Positions 35,455 through 49,474 of a DNA stretch of 64,000 nucleotides are shown in pieces. Position numbers and translations under genes: made by a program. The stretch is taken from the NCBI GenBank assembly GCA_040954595.2, contig CM082591.2, forward strand, positions 3,829,957 through 3,893,956, in the 5' to 3' direction. Position 1 is the first letter of the stretch; the number at the start of each line of letters is the position of its first letter. The DNA comes from Balanoglossus misakiensis (Eukaryota > Animalia > Hemichordata). The notes below the pieces were generated by a model. The model saw only the letters and a list, made by a program, of their open reading frames with translations. It made no database searches and had not been told where the DNA came from.

Positions 35455-38400
35455 CTATTTTCCTCCATTCACTCGCCCTGGGCTGTTCTCGACGACATCC
35501 AAGATGTACAGAATTCCGGCGCTGTCAATGGTGATGAACGTCTTGAAGTTATCCAACATCTGCACATGCTTGGAGAAGCTGCCTTTGATTGGCAGAGTCT
35601 GAAGGCAATTTCCGTCCACATCCCACCACTGGAAACAAAAATCCATGATACACATGAGATAGACACCCTTCACCATTTGAAAATATTATTTTTTTGTTTC
35701 ATAAGTATAATTACATTGTTGCCCTTCAACCCCCCCCCCCCCCAACACACACACACAATTTTAAAAGTCAAACTCATCCCCCATACACACATGCACACAC
35801 ACACACACAATTTTAAAAGTCAAACTCAATTTTGGAATTTCTTCAATGACTATATTCTGCCCAATTTGGAATGAGAAAACATAATAGCAGACTTTATCTA
35901 CATCTTGTACGCACCTTGATAGTCTCACTGACAGAGACCAGACGTTTGTTATCCGGAGACCACTGTATATCTGTCACCCAACATTGGTGTCTGATGCACT
36001 TGCTAACAAACTCACCCGTCTGGGTTTTCCAAATCTGAAAACGGAACAAAGAATATTACAGTTGTACTAAATATTATGATCGTCTGATTAGCAAAATTAT
36101 TATTTTTTTGCTACCAAAATTCTACACTTCTACCAGTTCAGGATCAAATCCTGTAAACAGGCATTCATACTGTGGCCACTATTCTATTTATTTATGTGGA
36201 TCATATCTTTAATGTAATATGGAAACAGATAACAGTGTATTTCAGATAAATACCTGGACAACACCCTGGTCATCACCCGTGGCGAGTAACTGACTGTCGC
36301 CTGAGAAGCTACTGCTTCTAATGCAGTCTCTGTGGCTACGTAGAGTGTGGACCAGCTCTCCATTTTCAGCGTTCCAGATCTGGTTAAAAAGCAGAGAACT
36401 TTCATTTCATTTCTCTTCAATCCAGTAACAAGTACTCTTATTTCTGATAGTTGAGTCAATTTCACTGATTGAATTTCTAAGCTCACACACATAGGTTAGA
36501 AAAGTTGGCACATTACCTTGGCTGTCCTGTCAACGGATGTCGACACCAATAGGGACCCGTCAGGTGACACGTCACATGACAAGACCCATTCTTTATGTCC
36601 ACTGCAGGAGAACTTCAGCGTCCCTGTCCTGGCATCCCAAACCTGTAAAAAAATAAACACAAACAAACAAAGTTACTCATTCTGATGCTATCATGAGATG
36701 ACGCAATTACAAAAAAAAAAAAAAACAATAAACATACACACACATATAAGTAAATAAAAATAAATAAACAAAGTTACTCACTCTGATTGTTCCGTCATAA
36801 GATGACGACAGTATCTTGGTGTCATTATCAAACAATTTGCAACGTCTGACCGACTCAGTGTGTCCTGTGCATACAATAGGATCACCATAGTCTTTCCATA
36901 TCTGAAACAAAAAATCGATACATATGCAAGATTCCGTAGTTCTGATATCAGCATGTTAAATTCATGAAAGTAAAATTCACCGGCAGAATAACACCACCAA
37001 TGGGGCATGGGCCCACAGATAGCAACGCTGCAGTCACTTTTATTTAAGTACACAAACCAACCAACCTTGACGGTTTTATCATCAGAGCACGTAACGAGCA
37101 CACGTCCATCTTCTGAATAGCAACACCATCTGACTGAGTCTGTGTGTCCCTGGGGAAAGTTGTGAAGAATTTCTCCTTCCGATGATATGACCTGGAAGTC
37201 AGCAAAAACAGGCATCATGTTAACGAACACAGTACATGTATACAGCCACACATAACAATTTAGCCACAGTTGCCTTGGAAGGTTGTGACTTAGCAAATAG
37301 CAGAAGTTCTTTCATGATGAGGTATAAGTGACATGCTGACATCACCTTGACTTGACCTTTGTCCGTGCCGTACGCAATCTCGTTGGTGGATGAGATGGTG
37401 CAGCATCGAATTCTGCACTCCTCCCATGGCGTCATCTGACTCTTGCTGCGTTGCAATTTGGAGTCGTCACCATGACCACAAGTAATCTGAAAAAAAATTC
37501 AAAAGAAATGAGTTCTGTTTTAACCCTTTCACCACCATGGTTTTGGTCCAAATCTTCAGAAGACACCCAAAAGTTTATCAGGACATTTATGTTTTCCATA
37601 CTCACCCTAATTCGATTGCCTAAGTCAGGGGCAACTATCACGATATTGTCGTCTTCTGTATACCTTGCGGCAAAGTCTCGTTTCAGGCCGACCATCTCTT
37701 GATTTTGTCCGCTCTCTACATCCCATATCTGATAGGCGCAATTACAAAGACTTATAGTATTCAGTGTACATGCATAGTATTTTGCATGGGAACAGTTCCT
37801 TTTCAAGTTTGAGGTTCTCCAAGCAGGCTTCCAAGGTTTACTACAAACAACCTCATCATCAAGACCTGCCCAACCACTTTGATAACTTACCATGGTTGTG
37901 CCATCATCGGCTCCGGACAGCAGTCGCTCACCATCATTATCAAAGTCGACAACATAGACCCAACCACTGTGACCTTTAAACACTGCAATCGTGTCACAGG
38001 AAGTGGAATTCCAGATCTGAAAGTGACGAGAAAGTAAACATCGAAATCTGTCTTTAACGGACACCATCGTGAACATAGAAATTGTTCTTAACCCTTCCAC
38101 TATCATAGTATGGTCCTAATCTGTTGTTATCTATGATAAAGTTGGACTTCCATACCGTTAGCAGGAAATGGGAATGGAATGTTTCATGAGAAAGCAACAA
38201 GAAAGTATACATTAAAACCCGTCTTTAATTAACGGACACCTTCACGAACATAGAAATTGTCCTTAACCCTTTCACTATCATAGTTTGGTCCACTTCTGTT
38301 GTTTTCTATGATAAAGTTGGACTTCCATACCATTAGAAGGAAATGGGGATGGAGGGTATCACGAGAAAGCAATGATAAAGTATACATCGAAACCTGTATT

Positions 38401-41400
38401 TAACGGACACCTTCGCGAACATAGAAATTGTCCTTAACCCTTTCACTATCATAGTTGGGTCCAAATCTGTTGTTATCTATGATAAAGTTGGACTTCCATA
38501 CCGTTAGCAGGAAATGGGGATGGAATGTTTGACAGATACCGGTAGACGCGCTCAATACAATATTCAATTCAAATTGGAACTTTTGTCTTGGCAAATCTGT
38601 TCTTATAATATTAAAGCTGTCCTGATTGGAGAAGTGTCTGTAAGGACTGGTTTCACTGAAATGAAGAGACCACGGTTATCATTTTAACATACCTGAATGG
38701 AGAAGTCCGAGAGACCAGCCGCGATCAGATCCCCTTTGGGAGAGTAGGCACAGTACAGAACCAAAGAGGCTGTCTTGGATTCACAAAAGTTCAACTGTTG
38801 ACCTGTGCGGGCTATCCAGATCTGGAAGTGAAAATACCGGTAGTAAGACAAAAAATAGTGTCAAGGACACAGCGCTCCCATTTGATCAGAATTGTTACAT
38901 ACAAAAGTGACATATATATGAGTTGAAGTTGGACTCCAATTACTACAAAAATGCCGGCAGCTTTTATTCGTAAGAAAGTTTTCAATTTTTACCTGGATTT
39001 TATTTTCAGAACACGACGCCACATTGTTGCCATCTGGTGAGAAACAACAAGATGGGACGGAGCCATTGTGACCTTTGTAATCAGTGATGTAGTCTTCTTT
39101 GGCAATGTCCCATACCTATAAAACAAACGAGTCATTGTCAATGACATTGTCCCCGCTGAATCATAAAGTTTTTACAACACTGAAAATCTGATTCAAAATG
39201 GCAGTTTCAACTTAGCATATTACGATCCAAACTGACTGTACCTACATGAAGTCCAGAAATCAAAATTTTTTGTATGCTCACCTTAACGGTCTGGTCTTGA
39301 GAACATGACAGCAGATAAAGATCATCTGGTGAGAAGCTGCATGCTTTGACAGGGCTGACATGACCAATCAATTCAGCTATTGTTTTACCTGTGATAACAT
39401 CCAATATCTAAAAAAAAAATCAAAGTCAGAACGGTTATCATAATACATCCTTTTGACTTGTACCCTGTCCATATCATTTTGACCATTTGATCTTGGAGAA
39501 TGCATGAGTGGAATTCTGGGTAGTACTGATATCGCTTACCTTAACTGACCAATCATGGGAGCAGGAAGCCACTCTTTTACTGTCATGTGACCAGCTACAC
39601 ATGGATATATCATCTGTGTGCTTTCTGAAAGTGTGAATCAGTCCACCATCGTGCGCATTCCAGATCTAGTGAGAAACAAAGAAATTTCATTGGTCATAAA
39701 ATACAGGAATAAAGAAATAAAATACTGAAAGTCAAACTTGATGGTGAAAGAATACAGTTTCATGACTGTTTTCTCAAGTGAGTCATGCAATAATTCTTAC
39801 CCGAACTGTCTTGTCATCCGAGCATGATGCAATCATCTTAGTATCTGGTGAAAAACAACACCAATTGACAAAATCTGTGTGACCAGTCATTGATAAGTAC
39901 TCCTGTCCAGATTGGCTGTCCCACACCTGTGAAAAATAAACCACAAGGCTATAAGCAAGATAGTACTGGCGATGTGTCTTGAATATACAGTTACTAACAT
40001 CTAGATCTTGAATATACAGTTATTAACATCTAGATCTTGAAGATACAGTTACTAACATCTAGATATTGAAAGTACAACTTCTAACATCAAGAAGTGGAAA
40101 GTAGAGTTATGACATCTAACCTTGACGGTCTTGTCCGAGGAACAAGACACAACCTTGGAGCCACGCGGTGAGAACTGTGCACACTTCACAGCACTTTCAT
40201 GTCCCTTGTTTGTCAACAGGCATGAATATGTAAAACTTTCCTTGTTTCTGAAAGCATTAAAATTAATAAAGGGTGAATCTCAACAATTCTTTCGATCTGA
40301 AAAATACTTGGCAATTAATGTTATTTAATTATTAGTATTATTATCGCCACAAATGTTGTTTACATACCTAAATTAATGCCAGCTGACACAATTTTTTTTA
40401 AATCGCTTTTATAATTTCTATCAAAGTAAATGTCAATATGTGAGCCTTATTCTTATTGGCTGTTCATTATACAAGTTGACTTGAGAATACATGCTTTTGG
40501 CCAATGAGACTTCACTTTACATAATATGCTTACCTCCAATCTACATAAAATTTGTCTGGGGCATTGAGAGCACGTTGTTTTGCTTGTCTGTACACCTCAC
40601 TGTTTGCTGGCTGACACAAAGCAAGCTGTGTTATGTCATAGATGTCTTTTTCCTTGAAGTAGTGAGTGTTGACACTGACAAAAGACTGGAATCCTTCTTT
40701 ATCATCTTCCCTCTGGAAAAGAGTCATAAAACCACAGTGAATACAGCTCAGGATATCTCTCATCCCCAAAATTTCTATGGAAATAACTTTCCTACAGCTG
40801 TCCTATAGGCTTGCAGTATAATACATCATGTTTTGCACAACTTTATTTCCAGTCATAACACTCTGTATTTTAACAGCTAGGGTTGCTATATATCACTTTC
40901 TCCAACAATATTTGAATATTAAACAAGATGTTTGTTCTTCGCTACTGCCTTAAGATCAGAAACACTGAAACCAATGGTCTGCATACTTCTGTGTGAAAAT
41001 CAGAAATGATTGCGGCGATGGAAAGGCGGCACCTGGCTTACCTCTGGGTCCAGATAGTCACTATAGTGAATGTACTCCGATAACAAGTCAGCCGGGCCTG
41101 TGATGAGTATCTTGGCTTCCACCCAGTCCAGATCCAGCAGCAGATCCCACAGCTCTTTGTACATCTCGGCCTGGGCCATGTGACGCGCCAGGTACCAGTG
41201 TGTGTAGTGATCGTCTTTCAGTTTATGGAAAGCACCCCTGCAGGACTTGCTGTACTGAGTCACCAGCTTTTTGTGCAGCCCCTGGTATGGAAATAAATCC
41301 ATCGGTTAACTAAAATCGTATGGTCCATTTTTTTAAAGAAAAGTTCAAATGTATTAAAGCTCCATTAGCTGTAACTTTTCACTTATCTTTTCAGTATTTT

Positions 41401-44400
41401 TGTTTCGTGTACCTACTGCAGTTTCATGTACAAATGCCTGAATCATGATGAAAAACCCAGTATCCAGCTGATTAACACAACCTATATGTATACAGTCAGC
41501 ATTGCCATAGTTCAAAATTTGAATTCAAGTCTGGACTAGAATTCATTTGTCAACAATAACAATGGTCGTTACACACATACAGGCTATGTTGACAAGCAGA
41601 GCCCGGATATATTAACATGGTTTGGTCCAAATCCATTGTTTTCTATGGTCAAGTTGGACGTCTATAGAGGGAACTGGGGGTGAAAGTGTTAAACGCTCAC
41701 CTTGAGATCCTGCGATCTTTCTTTAAGAACATCCAGCTGCAGGTTATGCACACTGTACTTGTAATGTTTCTGTTTCTGAGCATACTCCTGTACAGCCAAT
41801 GACTTGTTGACCAGCTCCAACATTGTATCCTCCACGAATTCCAAATCTTCATCCCATAAAATGCACAGCACCTACAGATGGACAATGAAATGAATGATTG
41901 CCGTGGGAAGGCTATAAATCATGTGGTATGGAATACAAAAAAGAAAGAGTCAGTGGACGACAGCCTATTTTTGCAGCAAAGAAGTACCCATCATTGCTTT
42001 GTATTTAGAGTGAAGTCTGTCTAGTAAGGACACCTCTGTCCTTAATAGAGAGGTGTGCTTAATAGATAAGTAATATTCTATTCAAACCAAACTTTTGTCT
42101 TGTAAAATCTGTACTTAATAAAGAGCTAGGTGTCCTGATTAGAGAGGTGTATGGAATGACAGATTTCACTGTAATTTGAATTGATGTCAGAATACGGGTA
42201 AATGGCAAGAATTAAACTAAGAAATAGATTTGATTAATATACAGCTGGTAATCAGTTTGAAATTTGTTACTCACATGCGACGGTACTTTGGAAGACTCAT
42301 CAAACAACGCAAAATCCTCATACAGTTCCCTCATATCATCGCTCAGGTTATCGATGCTGATGCTGATGGCCTCATCCAGGGTGTCGTACTCATAGTTCGA
42401 TCGCTTCCGGAGCCTTCGTGTCTGACGATCCTTCAGTTTCCGGGCGTACGACTGCCAGCGATCGGGGTGGACGCGAAGAAGCGCACCGACCATGGACACG
42501 CACAGGGGCAGTCCTTTGCACTCGTTGAATATGTCACTGGCTTCGTCAGGAAGCTCATCCACTTCTTTTTCCGTCCATGACGCCAACATTTCTTTCGATT
42601 CGTCTTCACTGAGCCCCTTGGTGATGTGAACATTGTATACGTTGCCTGAAGGACAATGACAAAACGATTTTACAGCATATGCAGTTGGCACAGTACATTT
42701 TTCAGGCATAGATTTCCTGTGGGTAATTTTCACATACGTATAGATGGCTTGAGTTTGGAGGCCATGGATAAAAATTAAAATTAAGGGAATACGTAATTGG
42801 ACTGCAAATTCTTTATCTATACAGATGTACCCACATAATGAAATTTGGCTGAATTGGTCATCATTTTGACATACCTGACACTAAATCCATGACTGAGCTG
42901 TCTCTGGTTGTTACCATGACTCTGGTCTGATTGTCAAAGGCTTTGGTGACTTTCGGGTCCCACACATCATCAAGGATCAATAATGATCTGGAAAATAAAC
43001 ACACATATTATATATAGATGCTACTCTTTATCAACCAGTGCTAGGTGCCCAAGTTACAAGACCACCCACAATTTTATACAGGAATGTTCGCTACACACAC
43101 CTTGGATACTGACGAACCAATATCAATCGAAGTCTGTCTCTGGCTTCTTCAATGTTCTGCGGGTTCGGTCGCCGTTCTTTGTCCAGTCTAGCGCAGAGGT
43201 TTGTAATCTTCATTAAGCAGAAGGTTTTGTCAATCCGGCCGATGTGGGCCCAGAATACTCCACCAGGAAAGCATTCTAGGTTAAGAAAGATGTATATGTT
43301 CATTGTTTTTTATTCTTGCTAAGATCACAAGATTTGGAGCAAAGTGTCACTGTTCCTGGTTACTTTGTGACCTCTTGACCTTATCCAAAAGTATGGAAAT
43401 AAAACTTGTATGCGCTTTAATAGTCAAAATAATCACTGACCTTGAATTAACTCTGGATCTCTGACTGCCTCCGCGGCCAGAATGGACTTTCCACAGCCCC
43501 CCATTCCGTGCAAAACCACCCATCCCGGTCCATCTTTCAACTTCCACAGCTCGTCTCGTAACTCAGATAACTCTTCCGGTCGGTTGATGTAGACTTTTGG
43601 CTGCCGTGGTACGCCCCCATCCACCAGTATTGCGTCCACTGTGTGACGAATGAGACCATTAGTGAATCTCAAGTGGTTCAAGGGACAAAGTCTCTCTCTC
43701 GCTGCCCTTTTTCTATTAATTATGTTTGATACAAGACACCGTTTATGTTATTCTACATTTCGATATATATTGAAACAACGTTCGACAACACATAACTACC
43801 ATCCCACTTGTACACACGAGAGTGAAAAAACTCGCCAAAATGAATAAACAGTCTCTACTGTTTATTCATTTTGGTGAGATTTTTACTCTCATATCCTACA
43901 AACGAGATGGAATTTGTGTGTGGTTGAACGTTGATTCACTGTATATCCACATGTAGAATAACATAAACAGTGTCTTGTATGAAACATAATTAATGGAAAA
44001 AAGGGCAGTGAGCGAGAGACTTTGTCCCTTTCATCTTGTCAATGCGATAAAGCACAGTCCCATCATTGGCAGAGTCTATCTGAAACTTTTGGCTATGTTT
44101 TTTTCAGGTTCATTTTTCAGGTTCATTTTCTGTGTATCAACCATGGTTTCATGTTCATCTCCCCGAGTGCAGGCTTAAAAAGGATAGAAGTCTTAATCTT
44201 CTCAATAAAGGTCATGTGTGCACAATCTGCATAATTTATTGCTTAAAAATTGCATTCAAGTTTGGATATAATGAACATTGATCGCTACACAAACACATGA
44301 CTAGTTGACAAACTGACAGTGGGCTTGTTGGGGTCTTTAAACAAAACAAAAATACTGAGAAAAAGATTGCCAAAAGTTACTAAGAGTGGCCCTTTAATGG

Positions 44401-44775
44401 AAGGATTACGTGGTATTACCCAATCTTACCTGAAACCAAACTATAGCTTCTATTCCTCTTGGGAATCGTAACCGCATCCATCTCATCTCTGGGAATATCA
44501 TCTTCCAACTCCTCGGCAAGATCGGGGTAGTTTTCTTTCAAGGCATTGAAAAAGCTCAAATACGCGAGCTGGTTCTTCTCTCCCAAGATGTCGAGAAGTT
44601 TCGCAGCTTTCTTGCGGCCGGTGATTTCGTGCTGAATTGTCTCCGATTCCTCAAGGTTGATCACCCCATCTTGTCGCAGATAGTCCAAGACGTAGTCCAC
44701 GCGAACAGTGTCTATGATGTTGATTCGGTTGACTTGCAGACTGCTGCGTGCCCACTCAGACATTGCAGAATCCAT
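35455..44775 (-). CDS. APAF1: Apoptotic protease-activating factor 1 (CARD - NB-ARC - WD40), ~23 coding exons
   Basis: N-terminal CARD (MSEWARSSLQVNR...YPDLAEEL), GGVPRQP, Walker A HGMGGCGKS, FPGGVFW, Walker B IILDDVW, VMVTTRD, CKGLPLCVSMVGALL, YSVHNLQLD, then many WD40-repeat exons ending at TIDSAGILYIL...GGK*. Confidence 0.95.
38054..38525. repeat. Three tandem ~175-bp copies containing a piggyBac-like MITE (APAF1 intron)
   Basis: TTAACGGACACC...CATAGAAATTGTCCTTAACCCTTTCACTATCATAGT...AAGTTGGACTTCCATACC repeated three times. Confidence 0.85.
39977..40090. repeat. 29-bp tandem repeat, ~4 copies (APAF1 intron)
   Basis: TCTTGAATATACAGTTACTAACATCTAGA repeated. Confidence 0.85.
43680..44030. 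mobile_element. ~350-bp foldback palindrome (MITE-like) in an APAF1 intron
   Basis: Left arm AAGGGACAAAGTCTCTC...TAATTATGTTTGATACAAGACACCGTTTATGTTATTCTACAT mirrors right arm ATGTAGAATAACATAAACAGTGTCTTGTATGAAACATAATTA...GAGACTTTGTCCCTT. Centre AAAATGAATAAACAGT-CTCT-ACTGTTTATTCATTTT. Confidence 0.8.
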
Positions 44776-47077
44776 GCCTACTGGGGAAACACAAACATCA
44801 ACTGTCAAAAAAGGGGAAGTTTTGTTTGATTAAAGGTATACATTCACCTCCAATTTACATACGCCCATATATGGCTGAAATGGCACATTTGAGCGTTCTA
44901 AAGAACATAAGGTGGCCCTTTTTTTTCGCCAGTGCCACCCACTGAAAATCTGTGATTGGCTAGATCTCAATTTGCCATGGTAACTATTGCTAATTTTCCA
45001 TAGGTGACCGTATACCTTTAAAGCCCCATGCACTGCCAAATTTCACATATTTTTTTCCACAACAAAACCAGCTGAATATTTGCCTGCATCCAGACTTGCA
45101 TTAGTTGGCAGAGTAGGAACAAACAACAAGCGTGAAATAATCATCAAAAGTTACTGTCCTCTCCATTGAAAGGACAAATGGAGGCGAATAAGTAATAAGT
45201 CTCCCTGCGATTGACTATTTCATCTTTAATTAATGCCCAATTAGAATTCTGCAGTGCCACCCTGTAACAGGAATCTGCACCAGGATCATCTATGTCGTCA
45301 CTGGCAATTAAGGGTCTCTTATCGATGACATCACTGTCACGCGGCTATAATTAAATGGCAAGAAGAAACAGGGGGCGGTTTGACCTTCCTATGTACTGGT
45401 ATAACTCATTGGATCTTAATAACTCTCACATTACCTATCTCCCGGCAAGTTTCATCTAGGTTTTTAAAAACGTAGTGATATCCCATTATAAAAGCAATTA
45501 TGTTTTTTTCTCTACCATTCGATTGCAAAGATGAGTGACTTGGTTTATCGCTTTTCATGAGTAAGTGGAAAATGTAGAAAAGTCATCCATGGCGTCATTG
45601 GAACACTAGAATTACACTAGAAAAGACATAGCTAGAGGATGCTAAAATCAGCCAAATGGATTTATGGCTAGGTAATTTTAATGACTACTGTGTAACCCAG
45701 TGATTTCCCCACAAATTCTTAAAGGGTCAATGTACCTGAAAATCCAACACTTTACTTTCCCAACTTATTGAGTCCCAATGTAGACAGACACTTATTCATT
45801 TGACCTTAGCATCCCCAGTTCCCTCTTTAGAGGTCCAAATTCACCAAAGAAAACAATGGGTTTGGACCTAACCATGATAGTGAGGGGGTTGAGACCCCAG
45901 TCAGCACCATGCAACTGCAATGAATATATTCCATGACCTCCCACTGTTGGACAGTGGTCTACTCGTTCCACTTGTTTTAATATGGAAGGTCAAAGGTCAA
46001 ACTAAGATTAATCTGGGTAACTAGGTCTACCATAAAGCAGATCGGCCGTTCCTTCAACTCTCAGTGACCCCATGCCTGGTATGCATTCAAACTTATCTGG
46101 GTCGTACACTCACACAATGGTACTCATTATGGCAAAACTCAGCAGGCTGTGTCAATCAATGACCTGGCCGGTATTTTCAGAATCTGACGAATACTTACAG
46201 CCATTATGTCACACTGTCAGACATATACAAAATGCTTTTTAATGATTATATTCAAGACAATGTTAAAAGACAATGCTTCACACTGGGAGTGCTGTTACAG
46301 GAAATGTTTGCCAACATTAATTTATTAAAACAACCTAAATCAGGCTACATTTATTTATGTAATTTAAGAAGTGTATAGTTAAACATAAGTTTATTTATTT
46401 ATTTTCTTATTTATTCTTTTATTTATTTATTTGATTGTTCCTGTTTATTTTTAATTCATTCATTTATTGATCCATCCATCCATCCATCCATGCATATACA
46501 TACACATTTTGAAATAACTTGTTTGCAGTGGAAAGACCCACACAAATACACAGACAGACAGACAGCCAGACATACAGGCATTTGCCGATCAGTTTCAAGT
46601 ACATACCAGTAATACCAAATGGAGCTAAAAATCAACAATAAATGCAAGCAATTTCAGCTCTCCAAAACTCAATGTTTTATGTGCAGACAATTGCAGTAAC
46701 AATTCTGTACTGGTTAACCAGTTAACCTTCTACATCGTTTTATGGACAATAGAGAATGTTCAACAATCCTGCATATTTAATTAGAATTCGAGGTCAATGG
46801 GCGTCATTCGAGGTCATTGATTAAACTGTACTTGTCTGTTGTTTACATCGAACATTTATTTCAGTATCAATGGTATTATTATTTTCAATATAAATAACTA
46901 CAAATAAATAGTTAAACTGTGCATTTTGTGCTCAAATCCCGGCCGAATTACACAAGGTGCAGTGAGCAATGACCAAGAAAAGACATGAGTCATACAAGTC
47001 GTACAACATGTACATGTAAACATGATTGTAAATGAGCTGAAGAAGGAAGTTCGCGAGTTCCACACCGTAAAACTTAC

Positions 47078-47600
47078 CTTTTTGTGCGTACTTTCTCTAA
47101 TTTCTTGTGTGATAATATTCAACAGGCATTCGCCCCTAATGAACAGGAAAAAAACTTCTGGACGTGACGGTTATTTCTCAGAAAATCCTCGCCATCCCGG
47201 AAGTAAATAAACACAGCCAGCTGAAATGTACGTAACTCATGAATATAACTGTCACAATGTTTATATGTGAATCATTGTTTACTTCCGGTTGATATGTGTG
47301 TGTATTTGTAATAATTTATGAACAATTCAATCATGGAACATTAAATTTATTATTTACAAATATGTTGTATACTTTCTAAGTTGAGAAAATGACGATAAAA
47401 CGCTATCTGATAAACGAGACATCTTAACCCGGAAGTGAACCCTCTAATCAAAATGGCAGCCCACAGTAATAAGAGTGTGTTCCGTGAAGTCCTCTGATCT
47501 TTTACAAGAAAAACATAAAATAGACTGTTAAAATGGCATATTTGACCAACTGTATTGAAAGTTAATCTGCAGAGAATTTATCAGATTATGATATCAGGAA
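47078..47600. promoter_or_regulatory. Probable bidirectional promoter shared by APAF1 and DNAJC24
   Basis: Three ETS/GABP motifs (CCGGAAGT at 47197 and 47429, ACTTCCGG at 47281) and a YY1-like AAAATGGC at 47450. A minus-strand donor AAG|GTAAGT at 47077 fits a non-coding first exon of APAF1. Confidence 0.55.
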
Positions 47601-48472
47601 ATGGCGTTCGATTTTGACGATGGGGACGATTATTACGCTGTCCTCGAGACGGACAATTCAGCGTCCTACGACGACCTGAAAAAACAACATCAAAAGTTGA
47701 TACTAAAGGTACGCACGCACCAGTGTAGTCTCGGGTACGAATTTACTGAGGGACGGCTGCCCGAAAGTCACATTTCCACAAGAAGTGCGACAGTTTAGTT
47801 AATCAGATCATGTTCACATCTGTTTCAGTACCACCCAGACAAGGCAGACACTTGTGCAGCATCCGAAGAGAAGGATAGAGCAGTTGAGAAATTTGTGAAA
47901 ATCAATAAAGCATGGAAAGTCCTTAGTGATGAACGTACAAGAAAGGAATATGACGCCAAACGCTATGGTAATTTTATGTATACATTTGGGGGGGGGGGCA
48001 GATTAGAACAGTTAAAAGGACTCCAACCATATGCTGAGAAACTTGATGTATTTTTTTTCTTCATTGTCATTAGAACTGAAAACTAGCCAGAGTTGGCCAG
48101 TGAATTCAGAAGTCGATCTTGATGATATGCAACACGATGAAGGTAATTTGTTTGAGATATTCGTCTGCTTTGAGTTAGCCTAATTTGAGTCACCAGTGAG
48201 CTTGTTGAATCAGTTGCACGTCGTGTAGGCCTACAGGGCATACTGTTTGGTGCTATACTCCAGTAGGGTGACTGAAAAAAAGTTGTATTTCTTACTTGCT
48301 AATGTAGACACTATTTCTCTTCTCAGAAAACGACCTGTATATTTTCCACTGTCGTTGCGGAGGCGAGCACAGGATCACAGAGGACGACATGATTCAAGGC
48401 GTAGACATTGTTTGCTGTAGTACTTGCACACTTAGCATAAAAGTACTGTATCAACTGCAAGATGAAGATTAA
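47601..48472 (+). CDS. DNAJC24: DnaJ homolog C24 / DPH4 (J domain + CSL zinc finger), exons 47601-47708, 47829-47967, 48074-48142, 48327-48472
   Basis: DYYAVL...LILKYHPDK...INKAWKVLSDERTRKEYD (J domain), then WPVNSEVDLDDM...HCRCGG...VCCSTCTLSIKV (zf-CSL). All junctions are in frame. Confidence 0.93.
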
Positions 48473-49474
48473 AGTTTTCTTTATAAACCCCAATAGCTGC
48501 CATTTTCTGCATTATTTTCATGATTTTTGTTTTCAAAATAAGCAAACACAAATAAACATACTACACACACTGTCATGATTAAAAAAAAATCAGGAGAAAA
48601 ATTTATGTTCAAAAAATTGTAAATTTAATATAAATTCAAAAATACACTTTGTTGAACATATTAAACTAAAGTAGGCATTCACTACAAGGTTTCCGCAATA
48701 TGCAATCAACGCTTAGGATAACAGCGAAGTACAGTTACACCTCAATTCACCTACCAGGTACATGTACAAGTTTTAGAGAGTCTTGATAAAGATGTGGGGT
48801 CTTCTCGAAAGCACAAATAAAGGAACACTTGAGAGAACCAAACAGGTGTTGTTAACGTGTTGCACTTGCGTTGTGCAATCGTTCATATATTTCACGAGTG
48901 CCGCAAGTCCAATACATATGTTGTACGTAGAAAACCTGGCCATGGTATAACTAGCAATAAGCGAAGACGGGGTGACTCGAGTACGAAAAACACTCAGGAC
49001 AAAACACGTAGTCTACCGTGTTAAAAGCCACACACAGTTAATTTAAGCTTTTCTGATTCACAAATTAGCATCCCCGAAAATATACACAGACAAGGGAAAC
49101 TTTTAAAAATTCAATAACAAGAAATTACAGTACTTGACTGCTCATCCCCTTAAGTTTTCCATCATTTAGCAGAGATGCACTGTAAAGGGTGGGAGTCGTA
49201 CCGTCTGCGGCTGCGCGTATGGGTCCCATAGGTAGCCGCAAAGTATAGGCCTAACTTCTACAACGTACATCATTGCTATGTGGTTGTTAGACCTACACCA
49301 TAGCAAACAATGCGACGTTACTTTTTATCACATTTCCAAATTTCTTTGATGCAATTGGTTGGTAGAATCACCCTTAATAGTGCTAAGGATGTCGATGGTG
49401 TGTTAAAAATACAAGAAGTCGCACATGTGCAGATCAGACGACCCTCTCCCTTTAAATTTATCAGTATTGTATTT

